NCBI GenBank assembly: GCA_030704615.1 | Contig: CM060731.1 | Coordinates: 7,874,001 to 7,938,000 of the forward strand | Reading direction: 5' to 3' | DNA: 64,000 bases | Source of the DNA: Takakia lepidozioides | Lineage: Eukaryota > Plantae > Bryophyta | In this document: positions 63,289 through 64,000 of the stretch, piece by piece | Layout: each line of letters opens with the position of its first letter | How positions within the stretch are numbered: position 1 is the stretch's first letter | Notes under the pieces: generated by a model | What the model was told of the DNA's origin: nothing | Databases searched by the model: none | The model's input: only the letters and a program-made list of their open reading frames with translations | Made by a program: the position numbers and the translations under genes

Positions 63289-63788
63289 NNNNNNNNNNNN
63301 NNNNNNNNNNNNNNNNNNNNNNNNNNNNNNNNNNNNNNNNNNNNNNNNNNNNNNNNNNNNNNNNNNNNNNNNNNNNNNNNNNNNNNNNNNNNNNNNNNNN
63401 NNNNNNNNNNNNNNNNNNNNNNNNNNNNNNNNNNNNNNNNNNNNNNNNNNNNNNNNNNNNNNNNNNNNNNNNNNNNNNNNNNNNNNNNNNNNNNNNNNNN
63501 NNNNNNNNNNNNNNNNNNNNNNNNNNNNNNNNNNNNNNNNNNNNNNNNNNNNNNNNNNNNNNNNNNNNNNNNNNNNNNNNNNNNNNNNNNNNNNNNNNNN
63601 NNNNNNNNNNNNNNNNNNNNNNNNNNNNNNNNNNNNNNNNNNNNNNNNNNNNNNNNNNNNNNNNNNNNNNNNNNNNNNNNNNNNNNNNNNNNNNNNNNNN
63701 NNNNNNNNNNNNNNNNNNNNNNNNNNNNNNNNNNNNNNNNNNNNNNNNNNNNNNNNNNNNNNNNNNNNNNNNNNNNNNNNNNNNNNNN
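63289..63788. other. Assembly gap (500 N)
   Basis: Run of N. Confidence 1.
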
Positions 63789-64000
63789 GTTGATCGGCAC
63801 TAAAAAAAAGAACATTAGAAGGTAAAAAAAAACCCGCCAGGGCCGTTCCAAACCAACCTTGCGTTGACGCAAGGTTGATTCGAGCTACAAAAATACAATC
63901 ATGTCCGCACAGCTAACTCATGCAACAGGATACCTGTACAAGACTTGCTTCATTGCTTGCTCGTCGTACTACTGATTCTTGAATTCGTTTGACCTCGAAA

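Noticed and set aside
63141-63872. ORFs of 185-224 aa near the end of the window
   Set aside because: They span the 500-N gap and are artefacts.
63789-64000. Sequence after the gap
   Set aside because: Too short, with no recognisable similarity to anything else in the window.

Overview
The window is eukaryotic DNA (spliceosomal introns), probably from a non-seed land plant, although the host is only an inference. It consists almost entirely of nested transposons, and no ordinary host gene is recognisable. (1) There are several decayed copies of one Ty3/Gypsy LTR retrotransposon family. It has ~1.04-kb TG...CA LTRs, a tRNA-Arg-like PBS, a PPT, gag-PR-RT-RH-INT, and extra 5' and 3' ORFs. (2) A P-element-like transposase relic lies at ~12.4-14.6 kb. 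(3) The main signal is three copies, from two diverged families, of a Mutator-like (MULE) DNA transposon with an unusual two-gene layout. A GCM-like/DDE/SWIM transposase is transcribed divergently from a multi-exon cargo gene with a ParB/Sulfiredoxin-like domain (DGNHR). In the complete copy that cargo gene ends in a beta-class N4C/N6A DNA-methyltransferase-like domain. Each family also carries its own kilobase-scale tandem arrays of long palindromes. Element B (19586-31994) is complete, with a 9-bp TSD and short degenerate TIRs. Element A (<1-11924) has an apparently intact transposase. A' (47835-55890) is an inverted, decayed copy of A. The working hypothesis is a transposon-borne 'ParB-MTase plus cognate palindrome array' self-marking or anti-silencing module. 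A 500-N scaffold gap lies at 63289-63788.
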